Of a stretch of 64,000 nt of DNA, positions 47,772-58,156 are shown piece by piece. Source of the stretch: Bacteroidales bacterium. GTDB lineage: Bacteria > Bacteroidota > Bacteroidia > Bacteroidales > Prolixibacteraceae. The stretch's first letter is position 1, and each line of letters starts with the position of its first letter. The position numbers and the translations under genes were made by a program. The notes beneath the pieces are model-generated. The model ran no database searches and was not told the origin of the DNA. It saw nothing but the letters and a program-made list of their open reading frames with translations. Location of the stretch: contig JBBQMW010000002.1 of NCBI GenBank assembly GCA_038329265.1, positions 1,148 to 65,147 on the forward strand, written 5' to 3'.

Positions 47772-49007
47772 TCATGCATCCAATTCCCCTGCAATTACAT
47801 TCATCGAACTCATGGTCAATACGGCATCCGAAAGCATGTTTCCAATAACCATTTCAGGATAAGCCTGATAATAAATAAAACATGGCCTGCGGAAATGTAA
47901 TCGGGAAGGGGTGCGCCCTCCATCACTTACCAGGTAAAATCCAAGTTCTCCATTGGCAGCTTCGATGCTGTGGTAAACTTCGCCAACCGGAATGTCGGTT
48001 TCGCCCATCACAATTTTGAAATGCCAGATAAGCGCTTCCATATTGTTGTAAACATTTTCTTTGGGAGGTAGCACAAAACGAGGATCAGTAGCATAAAAGG
48101 TTTCTTTATCCTCCATCTTGTCCAATTTGTCGATGGCTTGTTCGATAATGTACAAACTTTGTTTCATTTCTTCCTGACGAACCATAAACCGGTCGTAAGT
48201 ATCACCATTTTGTCCGATCGGAATGATGAAATCGAATTCTTCGTACGAACAGTATGGATTCATCACCCGTACATCGTAATCTACACCACATGCACGAAGG
48301 TTCGGACCGGTAAATCCGTATGCCAGCGCGCGATCGGCAGGGAAAGCCCCAACATTGATGGTTCGATCCATGAAAATTCGGTTACGGGCCAAAAGGTTTT
48401 CAAATTCCTGAAGTTTTGCCGGATAATCTTTTACAAAAAAGCGGATTTTATCCCAGGCTTTTGTGCTGAAATTACGTTCGAAGCCACCAATTCGCCCCAT
48501 GTTTGTGGTTAGTCTCGATCCACAGATTTCCTCATAAATTTCGTAGATGAACTCCCTGTTCTGGAATAAATAAGTAAATCCGGTCAAAGCGCCGCTATCT
48601 ACTCCAATTACACTGTTGCAGATAAGATGGTCAGCTATTCGCGCCAGTTCCATGATAATGATGCGAAGGTAATCGACACGTTTTGGTGTTTCAATACCGA
48701 GCAACTTTTCAACGGTCATGTGCCAGCCCATGTTATTCAACGGCGACGAACAGTAATTCAGTCGGTCGGTAAGTGGAGTTATCTGGTAAAATGGACGGTG
48801 TTCAGCAATTTTTTCGAATGCACGGTGAATGTACCCAATGGTTTGTTCGGTTTCAATAATAAATTCGCCATCCATCAGCATCACATTCTGGAACACACCA
48901 TGTGTTGCCGGATGTGTTGGCCCGACATTTAGGGTATTATATTCCTTCGGCTCTTCCGATGTTACGATATCCTTAGCCCAAAAACCTGTATTGTAGTGCT
49001 GTGCCAT
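47772..49007 (-). CDS. nuoD: NADH-quinone oxidoreductase subunit D
   Basis: NVGPTHPATHG, IGYIHRAFEK, ELARIADH, EAANGELG, RRPCF. Confidence 0.95.
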   Translation of the reverse strand: MAQHYNTGFWAKDIVTSEEPKEYNTLNVGPTHPATHGVFQNVMLMDGEFIIETEQTIGYIHRAFEKIAEHRPFYQITPLTDRLNYCSSPLNNMGWHMTVEKLLGIETPKRVDYLRIIIMELARIADHLICNSVIGVDSGALTGFTYLFQNREFIYEIYEEICGSRLTTNMGRIGGFERNFSTKAWDKIRFFVKDYPAKLQEFENLLARNRIFMDRTINVGAFPADRALAYGFTGPNLRACGVDYDVRVMNPYCSYEEFDFIIPIGQNGDTYDRFMVRQEEMKQSLYIIEQAIDKLDKMEDKETFYATDPRFVLPPKENVYNNMEALIWHFKIVMGETDIPVGEVYHSIEAANGELGFYLVSDGGRTPSRLHFRRPCFIYYQAYPEMVIGNMLSDAVLTMSSMNVIAGELDA

Positions 49008-49016
49008 ATATCACGG

Positions 49017-49110
49017 TCAAAAGTTTAAAGTTTAAAGTCAAGAGTTTAAAGTTTGATTTGATGCAACTCACGACTCAAAACTTATAACTCATAATTCATA
49101 TTTCATATCT
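49017..49110. repeat. inverted heptamer arrays in nuoC-nuoD spacer (no ORF)
   Basis: tcaaaag tttaaag tttaaag tcaagag tttaaag, gap, actcacg actcaaa acttata actcata attcata tttcata. Confidence 0.75.
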
Positions 49111-49112
49111 AA

Positions 49113-49622
49113 TTAACGTCCAAACATGCTGTCATCTTTATCTTCCCGTGTCTGATCTTCCAGCGGAAAATCTTTTCGCATTGGAAAATCGGTCATCTCA
49201 TCCATATTTAGTATGCGTTTCAGGTTTGGATGCCCTTCGAAAATGATTCCGTAAAAATCATAAGTCTCACGTTCCATCCAGTTTGCTGCAGGCCAAATAG
49301 TTGTTATAGTTGGTATTGTTGGCCGATCAAGGTCAGTAGCTGTTTTAATACGTATCCGGTGGTTGTTGACAAAACTATGTAAATGATAGACCACACCGAG
49401 TTGATTCGTTTCGGGATAATGCATTCCGCAGAGTGTAGTTAAAAAGTTATACTGTAAATCGGTATGATCATGAAGGTAAAGTAATAGTTCACAAATTGCT
49501 TTTTTTTGTACTGAAATACAAAGCATATCGGATTGAATTTCAGTATATTCGACCGTATTGCTGAATTTATTTACGAGCAGGCTGATAGCTAACTGGTCTC
49601 TTTCGGTTTTTTTTGGATACAC
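49113..49622 (-). CDS. nuoC: NADH-quinone oxidoreductase subunit C (GTG start)
   Basis: VVYHLHS, ANWMERETYDFYGIIFEGHPNLKRIL, PMRKDFPL. Confidence 0.94.
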   Translation of the reverse strand: MYPKKTERDQLAISLLVNKFSNTVEYTEIQSDMLCISVQKKAICELLLYLHDHTDLQYNFLTTLCGMHYPETNQLGVVYHLHSFVNNHRIRIKTATDLDRPTIPTITTIWPAANWMERETYDFYGIIFEGHPNLKRILNMDEMTDFPMRKDFPLEDQTREDKDDSMFGR

Positions 49623-49709
49623 TTATTTTCTTTTTTCAGATGAGAATTTTTACCTCAGGATTTATTCATTGAATAGTTTTGATTGCCATTCAATTTGTTC
49701 ATCCTGAAG

Positions 49710-50273
49710 TTATTCCATATTATATTGCTTCATTAAATCATTGTATTCCTGCGAACTCCTTCTTCGAAGCGATTCGTTGCCAACCAAATCCTGAATTTTA
49801 AGAATTCCATTGATAATCTGCTCAGGACGGGGCGGACAGCCCGGTACATAAACATCAACCGGAATAATTCGGTCGATGCCTTGCAAAACACTGTATGTAT
49901 CAAAAACGCCACCGCTCGAAGCACATGCGCCGACAGCAATCACCCATTTGGGTTCTGCCATTTGAATGTAAACTTCGCGCAAAACCGGTCCCATTTTTTT
50001 TGCAACAGTTCCCATAACCATAAGAAGGTCGCTCTGACGGGGCGAAAAGCTTAACCGCTCTGATCCAAACCTGGCTAAATCGTAATGCGAGCCCATGGTG
50101 GCCATAAATTCGATACCACAGCATGATGTGGCAAAAGGCAATGGCCAAAGTGAGTTCTTGCGTGCAAGTCCAACCGCTTTTTCGAACGAAGTGGCAAAAA
50201 ATCCTTGTCCGGAAACTCCCTCGGGCATTTCGGCAACACTTGGTTTGATTAACTGATTCTGTTTTTCTGACAT
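49710..50273 (-). CDS. nuoB: NADH-quinone oxidoreductase subunit B
   Basis: [32 protein letters not shown]. Confidence 0.96.
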   Translation of the reverse strand: MSEKQNQLIKPSVAEMPEGVSGQGFFATSFEKAVGLARKNSLWPLPFATSCCGIEFMATMGSHYDLARFGSERLSFSPRQSDLLMVMGTVAKKMGPVLREVYIQMAEPKWVIAVGACASSGGVFDTYSVLQGIDRIIPVDVYVPGCPPRPEQIINGILKIQDLVGNESLRRRSSQEYNDLMKQYNME

Positions 50274-50295
50274 GTTGAAGGTGGTTACGATTGGA

Positions 50296-50658
50296 TTAAT
50301 TTTTATCCCATTTCAAAGCACCCTTCAAGAGAATATAAATAAAACCTGTAAGGACCAGTATCATGAATAATAACATCTCGATAAATCCTTCTTTTCCTAA
50401 CGATTTGAAAATCACTGCCCATGGATACATGAAAATAACTTCAACATCGAACAGAACAAAGAGTATTGCGATAAGGAAATATTTAACAGAGAATGGGCTT
50501 CGGGCGTTTCCTAACCCTTCAATTCCACACTCGAAATTCTCTAGTTTGGCGCGCGAAAATCGTTTTGGCCCCAAAAAGTGAGTCAAAACCATTGTAGTTA
50601 CCACAAACCCAAGAACTACCAGGGTCTGAATGAGTATTGGAATATAATCTTGCGGCAT
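50296..50658 (-). CDS. nuoA: NADH-quinone oxidoreductase subunit A
   Basis: [33 protein letters not shown]; start MPQDY 50658. Confidence 0.94.
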   Translation of the reverse strand: MPQDYIPILIQTLVVLGFVVTTMVLTHFLGPKRFSRAKLENFECGIEGLGNARSPFSVKYFLIAILFVLFDVEVIFMYPWAVIFKSLGKEGFIEMLLFMILVLTGFIYILLKGALKWDKN

Positions 50659-50864
50659 TTGTGAATTTTTTAGACTGAATAAGAACGGTTTTATATCCGT
50701 TTTGTTCATAAAACTACTGTAAATATGGCTATTCACAAAGGTGCGATACAATATTAACCGGAGTATTAATAATTCAGATATTGGGGTCTGCTTTTAACGA
50801 AAAGATAATAAGAACAGAATTTCATCGAATGTCATTTTAGTACTTTGTTTGTTCAAAACCACGT

Positions 50865-50900
50865 TTAATGTGCCAAATCCCGATGTGAAACATTATGCAT
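50865..50900 (-). pseudogene. 5' remnant of putative HEPN/DUF86 toxin
   Basis: ATG overlapping MNT stop (ATGCATAA), MHNVSHRDLAH then stop; identity inferred from position only. Confidence 0.35.
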
Positions 50901-51173
50901 ATATAGCTTCTGATAAAATCTGATTCTTCAAGATTGGATTGATGTATTTTTCTCGGCAAATATCGACCGGTAAGTTGAACTTCGACTGAATTTCGTTTTT
51001 TAGGTTTTGCTTGATGGAGTATAAATCCGGGGTGTTATCCTCAAATTCAACAATCAAATCAATGTCGCTCTGGTTGTTTTGTTCGCCGCGGGAATTTTTC
51101 GCAAATGGTAATCCTTCTCCAAACGCGATTTGTTTGAAGTCAGGTAAACCAATATTTGATTTATTTCAATCAT
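50893..51173 (-). pseudogene. frameshifted minimal nucleotidyltransferase (MNT) antitoxin
   Basis: Frame A MIEINQILVYLTSNKSRLEKDYHLRKI; frame B SRGEQNNQSDIDLIVEF..LPVDICREKYI..ILSEAIYA; GxFGS motif missing at the junction. Confidence 0.8.
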
Positions 51174-51268
51174 GCCATTTTATTTCCGTTTAGGTACATA
51201 TTTTATCATATAGAAACGCAAAGGGAAAACCCGGAGTTTTTTTCTCATGCAAGCCTTGCCTAACATTA

Positions 51269-51511
51269 GGGATCCCATCTTTCTGAAAAGAGATGGAATC
51301 CATTTTTCTTTGAGGTTCTCTGCACCTACTCCGTGTTCTCTGCTGTAAAATTTTAAATCACAAAGAACAGATTATTTCGTCTGACTTTCCTGAAAATTTG
51401 CAATTCCGCAAACGGTTACATTTGGTTTTATGGGATAGGCTCCGGAATACTTAGGTGACAAGCTAATGGGATTATATCATTCAAAAAAGAGATGGAATCC
51501 ATTCTTGAGGT
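51269..51511. repeat. direct repeat AAAAGAGATGGAATCCATT..CTTGAGGT, two copies ~200 nt apart
   Basis: Copies at ~51269-51316 and ~51468-51511; first forms GGATCCCATCT/AGATGGAATCC hairpin. Confidence 0.55.
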
Positions 51512-51582
51512 GAGCGATCCTCATGATGAAGGGTTCAATGACATTTGAGTCAAGCCTCTACTGTAAAGATAATTTGATGATT

Positions 51583-52335
51583 TTAGCTTATTCCCGCCAG
51601 ATAACTGATTCCTGAAAGCAAGACATACCAGATGATAATCAGGGGTAAAGCATAAATCTGAAGGAATATTAAAAGAAGTAGTGTAATTCCGATAAAAATA
51701 TACCGAAGTGCATTTTCTTTCAGTTTCAGGTTTTTAAATTTCAGGTTGAACATGGGCAATTCGGAAACCATCAGGAATGAACAACTGAAAATTGATGCCA
51801 GTAACGTGTATTTATTCAGGATAATTGGCACAATATTTTGTTTGGTTCCCAACTCCAAAATTAAAGCCAGTGAGGCAAAAAAGATGGCGTTGGCTGGTAT
51901 GGGCATTCCCAGAAATTGTTCGCTTTGGCGGTCGTCGGTATTGAATTTAGCCAGACGAAAAGCTCCGGCAACCGGAATAACCAAGCTGGTAAAAAGTAAG
52001 ATCCACTGGCTCCAGTTTGCTTCAATTTCCTGAATGGGTTGGTTTTCGCCGAACAAAGTCAACTCGAGCATGGTGAAAACGATAGCTGCGGGGGCCAGGC
52101 CAAAAGAGACCGTATCGGCCAGCGAATCGAGTTCTTTGCCGATTGAAGAATATGCTTTCAGTAAACGAGCCGAAAAACCATCGAGAAAATCGAATACCGC
52201 AGCCGCGAAGATGAAGATTGCAGCCCATCCCAATTGTCCGTCTACGGCGAAAAAAACCGACAAACTTCCACACACCAGATTCATGGCGGTAATTGTATTC
52301 GGAACCCAGAAAAATATGCTGCTTGTACGGCTCAT
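51583..52335 (-). CDS. pssA: CDP-diacylglycerol--serine O-phosphatidyltransferase
   Basis: PNTIT, DFLDGFSAR..GKELDSLADTVSFG, RLAKFN. Confidence 0.92.
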   Translation of the reverse strand: MSRTSSIFFWVPNTITAMNLVCGSLSVFFAVDGQLGWAAIFIFAAAVFDFLDGFSARLLKAYSSIGKELDSLADTVSFGLAPAAIVFTMLELTLFGENQPIQEIEANWSQWILLFTSLVIPVAGAFRLAKFNTDDRQSEQFLGMPIPANAIFFASLALILELGTKQNIVPIILNKYTLLASIFSCSFLMVSELPMFNLKFKNLKLKENALRYIFIGITLLLLIFLQIYALPLIIIWYVLLSGISYLAGIS

Positions 52336-52336
52336 A

Positions 52337-52990
52337 TTAAATTTTGCCAATGACGGTTTGAGAGCCTTTTACTTTGTCGTTGATTTTTACCTGAAGCTGG
52401 GTGTTGAGTGGTAAATACAGATCGACCCGTGAGCCAAATCTGATGAAACCAAGTTCGGTACTTTGATCAACCGTGTCACCAACTTTTACATAGTTGATGA
52501 TGCGGCGAGCCATGGCTCCTGCAACCTGACTCATGACGATTTCGCGCCCGTCGGACATTTTTACTGCGGTAGTGGTACGTTCGTTTTCTTCAGCCGATTT
52601 GTCTTTAAACGCTGCATAAAACTCGCCATCCTTGTGTTTCATGTAGGTCACTTCGCCCGGAACTGGGATCCAGTTGATGTGTACGTTGGTAGGCGACATA
52701 AATATCGAAACCTGAAGACATTTGGTATTCAGGTATTCGTTTTCGAATGTTTCTTTTATGACACAGATTTTACCGTCGGCGGGTGATAGAATTACATTTT
52801 CGTTTTGATTGACAGTGCGTTGTGGATACCTGAAGAATTGAATAATCAGAATATATACTGCTGTAGCTACTACTAACATGCCAGTTTTTATCGTAAGGTC
52901 GGTAATGAAAAACCACGAAATTAAAATCAGACCCGCAAGCAGTGCGGTCGCATAGTTGATCGTTGTAAGGCCGGCTTTATGAACTTTCAT
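52337..52990 (-). CDS. psd: phosphatidylserine decarboxylase family protein
   Basis: FFRYP, SPADG, SIFMSPTNVH, NER, RFGSRVD self-cleavage motif. Confidence 0.92.
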   Translation of the reverse strand: MKVHKAGLTTINYATALLAGLILISWFFITDLTIKTGMLVVATAVYILIIQFFRYPQRTVNQNENVILSPADGKICVIKETFENEYLNTKCLQVSIFMSPTNVHINWIPVPGEVTYMKHKDGEFYAAFKDKSAEENERTTTAVKMSDGREIVMSQVAGAMARRIINYVKVGDTVDQSTELGFIRFGSRVDLYLPLNTQLQVKINDKVKGSQTVIGKI

Positions 52991-53117
52991 TCTTATTTTT
53001 TAAGATTCCGGTTCAAAATTAGCAAATTATTGAGCTTTTTGGCTTAAATCAGCATTAAAGTAGACAAAATTTGTACAATCGGGTATTGGCATCGAATTTC
53101 AGGAAGTGAAAAGGATG

Positions 53118-53942
53118 CTATTCTACAAACATTTTCAGGTACATGACTACAACTGGTGCAGCAAAGAAAAGTGAGTCGAAACGATCGAGGAATCCGCCAT
53201 GTCCGGGTAAAATATTTCCACTGTCTTTGATTCCGAAATACCGTTTCAACATCGATTCTGACAGGTCTCCAAATGTGGATGAAACGACGGTTAAAATGCT
53301 GATTGCGATCCAATGAACCATTTTTATTTCAGGAATAAAACCGGCAATGAAATACCCGGCAAAAGTGGCAATTAATGTTCCGCCAATAGCGCCTTCCCAT
53401 GATTTTTTTGGGGATATGCGCTCAAAAAGCCGATGCTTTCCAATGGAAACACCAACCAGATAGGCTCCTGAGTCATAAATCCATATTAATGAAAAAAGAG
53501 CAATTAAAATTTTAGGAGAATAACTATTTCCAGGGAGTATTTCAGGAAAAACCAGAATATTAATAAGTGCCAATGGCATGGCCAGGTATATAATGCAGAA
53601 GATGGTAGCAGCTAAATTTTCCAGAGGTTTCTCTTTGTTTCGGTAAAGTTCGGCAGCCATGATAATCAGAATCATTGGAAAGAAGCTGAATAGATAGTTT
53701 TTTTCCAGAATTCCCTGTGCAATCAGAAAGGAAACAGTGAAAATGACAACCGAAATGCCATAACTTAAAACCTTATTTGGCTTTACTTCTGAAGTTTTAA
53801 AAAGATTGGAAAATTCAGTTATTCCGCCAATCAGGATTAATAAAAACAAAAGCGCATAGCTGTATGGGCTGACGATAATCGCAGTCAGCATCACTAATAC
53901 CAGAACGATTCCGGTAATAGTTCGTGTAACTAATTTCTTCAA
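53118..53942 (-). CDS. cdsA: phosphatidate cytidylyltransferase
   Basis: DSGAY, ISPKKSWEG, GDLSESMLKR..KDSG..LPGHGGFLDRFDS; TTG start overlapping upstream stop. Confidence 0.93.
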   Translation of the reverse strand: MKKLVTRTITGIVLVLVMLTAIIVSPYSYALLFLLILIGGITEFSNLFKTSEVKPNKVLSYGISVVIFTVSFLIAQGILEKNYLFSFFPMILIIMAAELYRNKEKPLENLAATIFCIIYLAMPLALINILVFPEILPGNSYSPKILIALFSLIWIYDSGAYLVGVSIGKHRLFERISPKKSWEGAIGGTLIATFAGYFIAGFIPEIKMVHWIAISILTVVSSTFGDLSESMLKRYFGIKDSGNILPGHGGFLDRFDSLFFAAPVVVMYLKMFVE

Positions 53943-54145
53943 AGGATTAAATCTGTTAGAAATTCGGTAGCTTTTTCCTGATTTTCCTGATGAACCCAAA
54001 TTTCTATTTCGCCAATCGAAGGAAATGCTGAGTCGTGTTCGTTCATAACGACGCAGTTAATTTCTTCGTTTTCAAGTATTTCCCGTGCTATTTCAGCCTG
54101 ATAACCTTGATCAGTATGAAATACACATACCCAATCTTTTTCCAT
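53939..54145 (-). CDS. DUF2007-like small protein
   Basis: YQAEIAREILENEEINCVVMNEHDS..GEIEIWV. Confidence 0.75.
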   Translation of the reverse strand: MEKDWVCVFHTDQGYQAEIAREILENEEINCVVMNEHDSAFPSIGEIEIWVHQENQEKATEFLTDLIL

Positions 54146-54155
54146 AAGTTAGTTT

Positions 54156-54791
54156 TTAAATGGATTCCTGAGAAATCAAAACAATCAGCGATTTTGGACC
54201 GTGCATACCCATGACTAAAGTTTTTTCGATATCGGCGGTACGGCTGGGTCCGGTGATGTTGCTGATTAACGAAGGTAACTTATTTTTATATTTATTCTGA
54301 AGTTTTTCCAGCGCTTGCTCCAAATAATCGGTCAATTGCGATTGATGGGCCACAACGATGTGTGTTTCAGGAAATACATTGAGTCGGCGACCAGAGATTT
54401 GTGCCGAACTGATCAGCACTGATCCGAGATGTGCTACCAGTAATTCGCAGCCGGTGAGGCCTATGTTCAGATCCAGAAAATCACTTTCCATTGAATCTAT
54501 TTGAATCTGACCGTCGATAAGATTCTTTAGATCCAGGTCGGTACAAAAGATCCTGCTTTGATTTTTAGCTTTACAAATCCTCAAAATTTCAGCAGCAACC
54601 TCAGTTTTTGTCTGACAAAGAACCACTTCTCCCCCAATCAATTCGAGGTTGGTTTTAAATTCCTGACCCAACAATTCATTGAGTGGATGATAAATAGGAG
54701 AGGCGAAATCGGGGAGGTTTTCCCCAATTTCACCTCTTTTATCCTGAGCGGCCTTTAGTCGGGCCAAAATATTATTTCTGGATGTTTCCAT
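54156..54791 (-). CDS. LUD (LutC/YkgG) domain protein
   Basis: SRNNILARL, ITGPSRTADIEKTLVMGMHGPK. Confidence 0.88.
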   Translation of the reverse strand: METSRNNILARLKAAQDKRGEIGENLPDFASPIYHPLNELLGQEFKTNLELIGGEVVLCQTKTEVAAEILRICKAKNQSRIFCTDLDLKNLIDGQIQIDSMESDFLDLNIGLTGCELLVAHLGSVLISSAQISGRRLNVFPETHIVVAHQSQLTDYLEQALEKLQNKYKNKLPSLISNITGPSRTADIEKTLVMGMHGPKSLIVLISQESI

Positions 54792-54796
54792 CAGGC

Positions 54797-56824
54797 TTAT
54801 ACAGGTTCTGTACTTTGTTCGCTATTCTCAAGCATTCCGGCTGCAAGTTCTTTTTTTACTTCAGCAACCATGAGTGGTTTTCCCCATTGGCGTTTTCCGA
54901 AGACATTTTCGAGATCTTCGCTGAAAATAACTTCTTTATCCAGAAGGAGTTCCGACAATTTTTCATGTCCTTCTTTATTTTTTGAAAGTATTTCGAGCGC
55001 TCTTACATATTGAGTTTCAATCAGCAGTTTCGATTCAGAGTCAATCAGTTCAGCTGTTTTTTCGCTGTATGGTTTGGTGAATCCAAATTCGTTCTGGCCT
55101 GAAGAATCGTAATAGCTAACATTCCCCAACTTCTCGCTCATCCCGAAAATGCTAACCATGGCGTACGATTGTTTGGTCACTTTCTCCAGATCGTTTTGAG
55201 CTCCTGAAGAAATACTGCTGAATGCAATCTGTTCGGCAGCCCGTCCGCCCAAAGCAGAACACATTTCGTCGAGCAACTGGTCTTTGGTGGTGATCGAACG
55301 TTCTTCAGGAAGATACCAGGCAGCGCCCAATGCTTTTCCGCGTGGAACGATAGTTACTTTAACCAGTGGATGCGCATGTTCGAGCAACCAGCTAATGGTG
55401 GCATGTCCGGCTTCGTGGTATGCAATTCTTCGCTTTTCATCAACCGAAATGATTTTATTTTTCTTTTCCAGCCCACCAATAATACGGTCAACGGCATCGA
55501 GGAAATCTTGTTTTTCAACAATATCTTTATTTTTACGAGCAGCAATCAAGGCCGATTCGTTGCAAACGTTTGCGATGTCGGCGCCTGAAAAACCAGGTGT
55601 TTGTTTGGCCAGAAATGCAGGCTCAACTTCCGGAGAAAGCTTGATAGGTTTCAGGTGAACCATGAATATTTCTTCGCGTTCGTTCAAGTCGGGTAATTCA
55701 ACATGAATCTGGCGGTCGAAACGTCCGGCGCGCATCAAAGCACGGTCGAGCATATCGGCGCGGTTGGTTGCTGCCAGAATTATTACTCCCGAATTGGTAT
55801 CGAAACCGTCCATTTCAGTCAGTAATTGGTTCAGTGTATTTTCGCGTTCGTCGTTCGATCCCATGTTAGGATTTTTTCCACGTGCACGGCCTATGGCATC
55901 AATTTCGTCGATAAAGACGATACATGGCGCTTTTTCTTTAGCTTGTTTAAATAAATCACGTACCCGCGAAGCTCCAACTCCAACAAACATCTCCACAAAA
56001 TCGGAACCCGACATGGAGAAAAACGGCACATTGGCTTCACCGGCAACAGCCTTGGCCAGCAAGGTTTTTCCGGTTCCCGGAGGGCCTACAAGCAGAGCGC
56101 CTTTCGGAATTTTACCACCCAGTTTGGTGAATTTTGTAGGACTTTTCAGGAAGTCAACAATTTCTTCTACTTCCTGCTTGGCTTCGGCCAATCCGGCCAC
56201 ATCTTTAAAGGTGTTTGAAACCCGTGAATCTTTATCGAAAACCTTGGCCTGCGATTTACCCACATTGAAAATGTTTCCGGCGCCACCTCCGCCAGAGCCT
56301 TTGCTCATTCGTTTGAAAATCCACCACCATAACAAAATGATGATTGCAAACGGAAGAATCCAGTTCAGGAGTTCGCCGAGGTAGTTGTGAACTGTTTTGT
56401 ATTCGACACTAATTTTGTTGTCTTCAGTAAAAGTAGCCTGTGTCTCCTCAAGATTTTTCTCAAACGAATCTACCGATCCGATGGTAAAAAAGAAATGAGG
56501 ACCGACTTTTGTTGGAGCTGTAAACCCATTGTTTAGCTTTGATGCGTATTTATCGTAGCTGGTTTCCTTGAGGTAAATCTGAGCTTCTTTTTCGTTAACG
56601 ACAATAATTTTCTTAACGTCGTTATTCAGGAGCATGGTTGTTTTTACTTCTTTCCAGTTGGTTTCAACCGGTCCGGCTCCCATAGAAAACCACTGAATTG
56701 CAAGAAAAGCAATAATAACAACTCCATAAATCCAATAAGGATTAATCTTTGGAGTTTTGCTCATTTGTCTCATATTGCCGAAACCCGTCTTATCTTTTTC
56801 TTTGTTGTTTTTATTTTCTGCCAT
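54797..56824 (-). CDS. ftsH: ATP-dependent zinc metalloprotease FtsH
   Basis: 2 [21 protein letters not shown]. Confidence 0.97.
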   Translation of the reverse strand: MAENKNNKEKDKTGFGNMRQMSKTPKINPYWIYGVVIIAFLAIQWFSMGAGPVETNWKEVKTTMLLNNDVKKIIVVNEKEAQIYLKETSYDKYASKLNNGFTAPTKVGPHFFFTIGSVDSFEKNLEETQATFTEDNKISVEYKTVHNYLGELLNWILPFAIIILLWWWIFKRMSKGSGGGGAGNIFNVGKSQAKVFDKDSRVSNTFKDVAGLAEAKQEVEEIVDFLKSPTKFTKLGGKIPKGALLVGPPGTGKTLLAKAVAGEANVPFFSMSGSDFVEMFVGVGASRVRDLFKQAKEKAPCIVFIDEIDAIGRARGKNPNMGSNDERENTLNQLLTEMDGFDTNSGVIILAATNRADMLDRALMRAGRFDRQIHVELPDLNEREEIFMVHLKPIKLSPEVEPAFLAKQTPGFSGADIANVCNESALIAARKNKDIVEKQDFLDAVDRIIGGLEKKNKIISVDEKRRIAYHEAGHATISWLLEHAHPLVKVTIVPRGKALGAAWYLPEERSITTKDQLLDEMCSALGGRAAEQIAFSSISSGAQNDLEKVTKQSYAMVSIFGMSEKLGNVSYYDSSGQNEFGFTKPYSEKTAELIDSESKLLIETQYVRALEILSKNKEGHEKLSELLLDKEVIFSEDLENVFGKRQWGKPLMVAEVKKELAAGMLENSEQSTEPV

Positions 56825-56831
56825 TTTATAT

Positions 56832-57209
56832 TTAGTTTGCTTCTTTTATTAATTCAATTTTTGCATCAGCCCAAAGGTTTTCGAGATCGTAAAACTGTCG
56901 TGAGTCTCGTTGAAATACGTGTACCATAATGTCGGCATAATCGAGTAAAATCCAGAGTGAATTTCGGTATCCATCAGTATGCCAAGCTTTTTCGTCGATT
57001 AATTCTATCACAGTGTCTTCTACCGAGTGTGCAATTGCATCAACTTGAGTATTGGAGTTACCATGACAAATAATGAAATATTTACATTCGGAATGATTGA
57101 TTTTAGTTAAGTCGATTTTAACGATGTCTATCCCTTTTTTCCTTTGAATCCCTTCAACAATGGCATCGATCAATTGTTCAGTTTCAGTTTCCTTAACGAT
57201 TTTAGTCAT
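56832..57209 (-). CDS. rsfS: ribosome silencing factor
   Basis: KKGIDI, YFIICHGNSNTQV, WILLDYADIMVHVF..FYDLENLW. Confidence 0.93.
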   Translation of the reverse strand: MTKIVKETETEQLIDAIVEGIQRKKGIDIVKIDLTKINHSECKYFIICHGNSNTQVDAIAHSVEDTVIELIDEKAWHTDGYRNSLWILLDYADIMVHVFQRDSRQFYDLENLWADAKIELIKEAN

Positions 57210-57227
57210 AAATTTTTGTTAGAACTA

Positions 57228-57235
57228 CAAAGATA
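57228..57235 (-). promoter_or_regulatory. -7 element TATCTTTG for rsfS-ftsH operon
   Basis: TAnnTTTG match 18 nt upstream of rsfS ATG. Confidence 0.55.
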
Positions 57236-57317
57236 ATTTTTTACTTTATAATAAGTGATTAATCTTGTATGACGAAATTCCTGATCTCAAATGGAAATGT
57301 AAATTTAAAGAAGTGAA

Positions 57318-58073
57318 ATGAATCAAATCATTGGAAATACAATTGTCCGCATACCAAGCACCGACTCTACCAACAACTATGCCAACAGGCAAATCAGACT
57401 TGGAGACTTGCCAGAGGGTACTGTCTTTTTGACATACGAGCAGTTGGCTGGGCGTGGACAAATGAAAAATGTATGGGAAAGTGAATCGGGGAAAAACCTT
57501 ACTTTTTCGATGGTTTTTTATCCCGATTTTCTGGAGATCCGTCGACAGTTTATGCTTTCGAAAGTAGTTGTACTTGGTATTTATAAGGCTCTGAATAAGT
57601 ATGTTGATCAACTTAAAGTGAAATGGCCAAATGATATTTATGCCGGGAACAGGAAACTAGGTGGTATTCTGATTGAAAATTCAATCATGAGTGGATTGAT
57701 CAAAAGTTCGGTTGTTGGCATTGGACTGAACGTGAATCAAACGATTTTCCGTAGTGAAGCACCAAATCCTGTGTCGCTTCAATTGCTGACAAATCAGCAC
57801 TTCAATTGCGAAGTTGTATTGGCGGAAGTTCTTTCCGGAATAAACTCATATTATGAGCTTTTACTTCAGGAAGAATTCGATAGAATTGATCGGGATTATG
57901 TTTCAGCTTTATACCGCTTGAACGAAAAACATTTGTTCCGAACCGAAGGCGAGGACTTTTCCGGAGAAATTATTGGCGTGAACGAAATCGGACAGCTGCT
58001 GATAAGAAAAGAAAATGGTGAAATTCTGGAATTTCATTTCAAAGAGGTGGAATTCCATATCGGCAATAAATAG
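57318..58073 (+). CDS. birA: biotin--[acetyl-CoA-carboxylase] ligase (no HTH domain)
   Basis: DSTN, QLAGRGQ..W, KWPND, KLGGILIE, GIGLNV. Confidence 0.94.
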   Translation: MNQIIGNTIVRIPSTDSTNNYANRQIRLGDLPEGTVFLTYEQLAGRGQMKNVWESESGKNLTFSMVFYPDFLEIRRQFMLSKVVVLGIYKALNKYVDQLKVKWPNDIYAGNRKLGGILIENSIMSGLIKSSVVGIGLNVNQTIFRSEAPNPVSLQLLTNQHFNCEVVLAEVLSGINSYYELLLQEEFDRIDRDYVSALYRLNEKHLFRTEGEDFSGEIIGVNEIGQLLIRKENGEILEFHFKEVEFHIGNK

Positions 58074-58151
58074 GAAAGAGAAAAAAGGAAAAAGGAAACA
58101 CCAGACAGAAGATTGTCTGTTTTCAAGGCATTTTCCCCTTTCCTTTTTTCT
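58071..58151. repeat. inverted heptamer arrays (AAGGAAA type) between convergent genes
   Basis: taggaaa gagaaaa aaggaaa aaggaaa .. cagaca/tgtctg .. ttttccc ctttcct tttttct. Confidence 0.65.
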
Positions 58152-58156
58152 GATTT

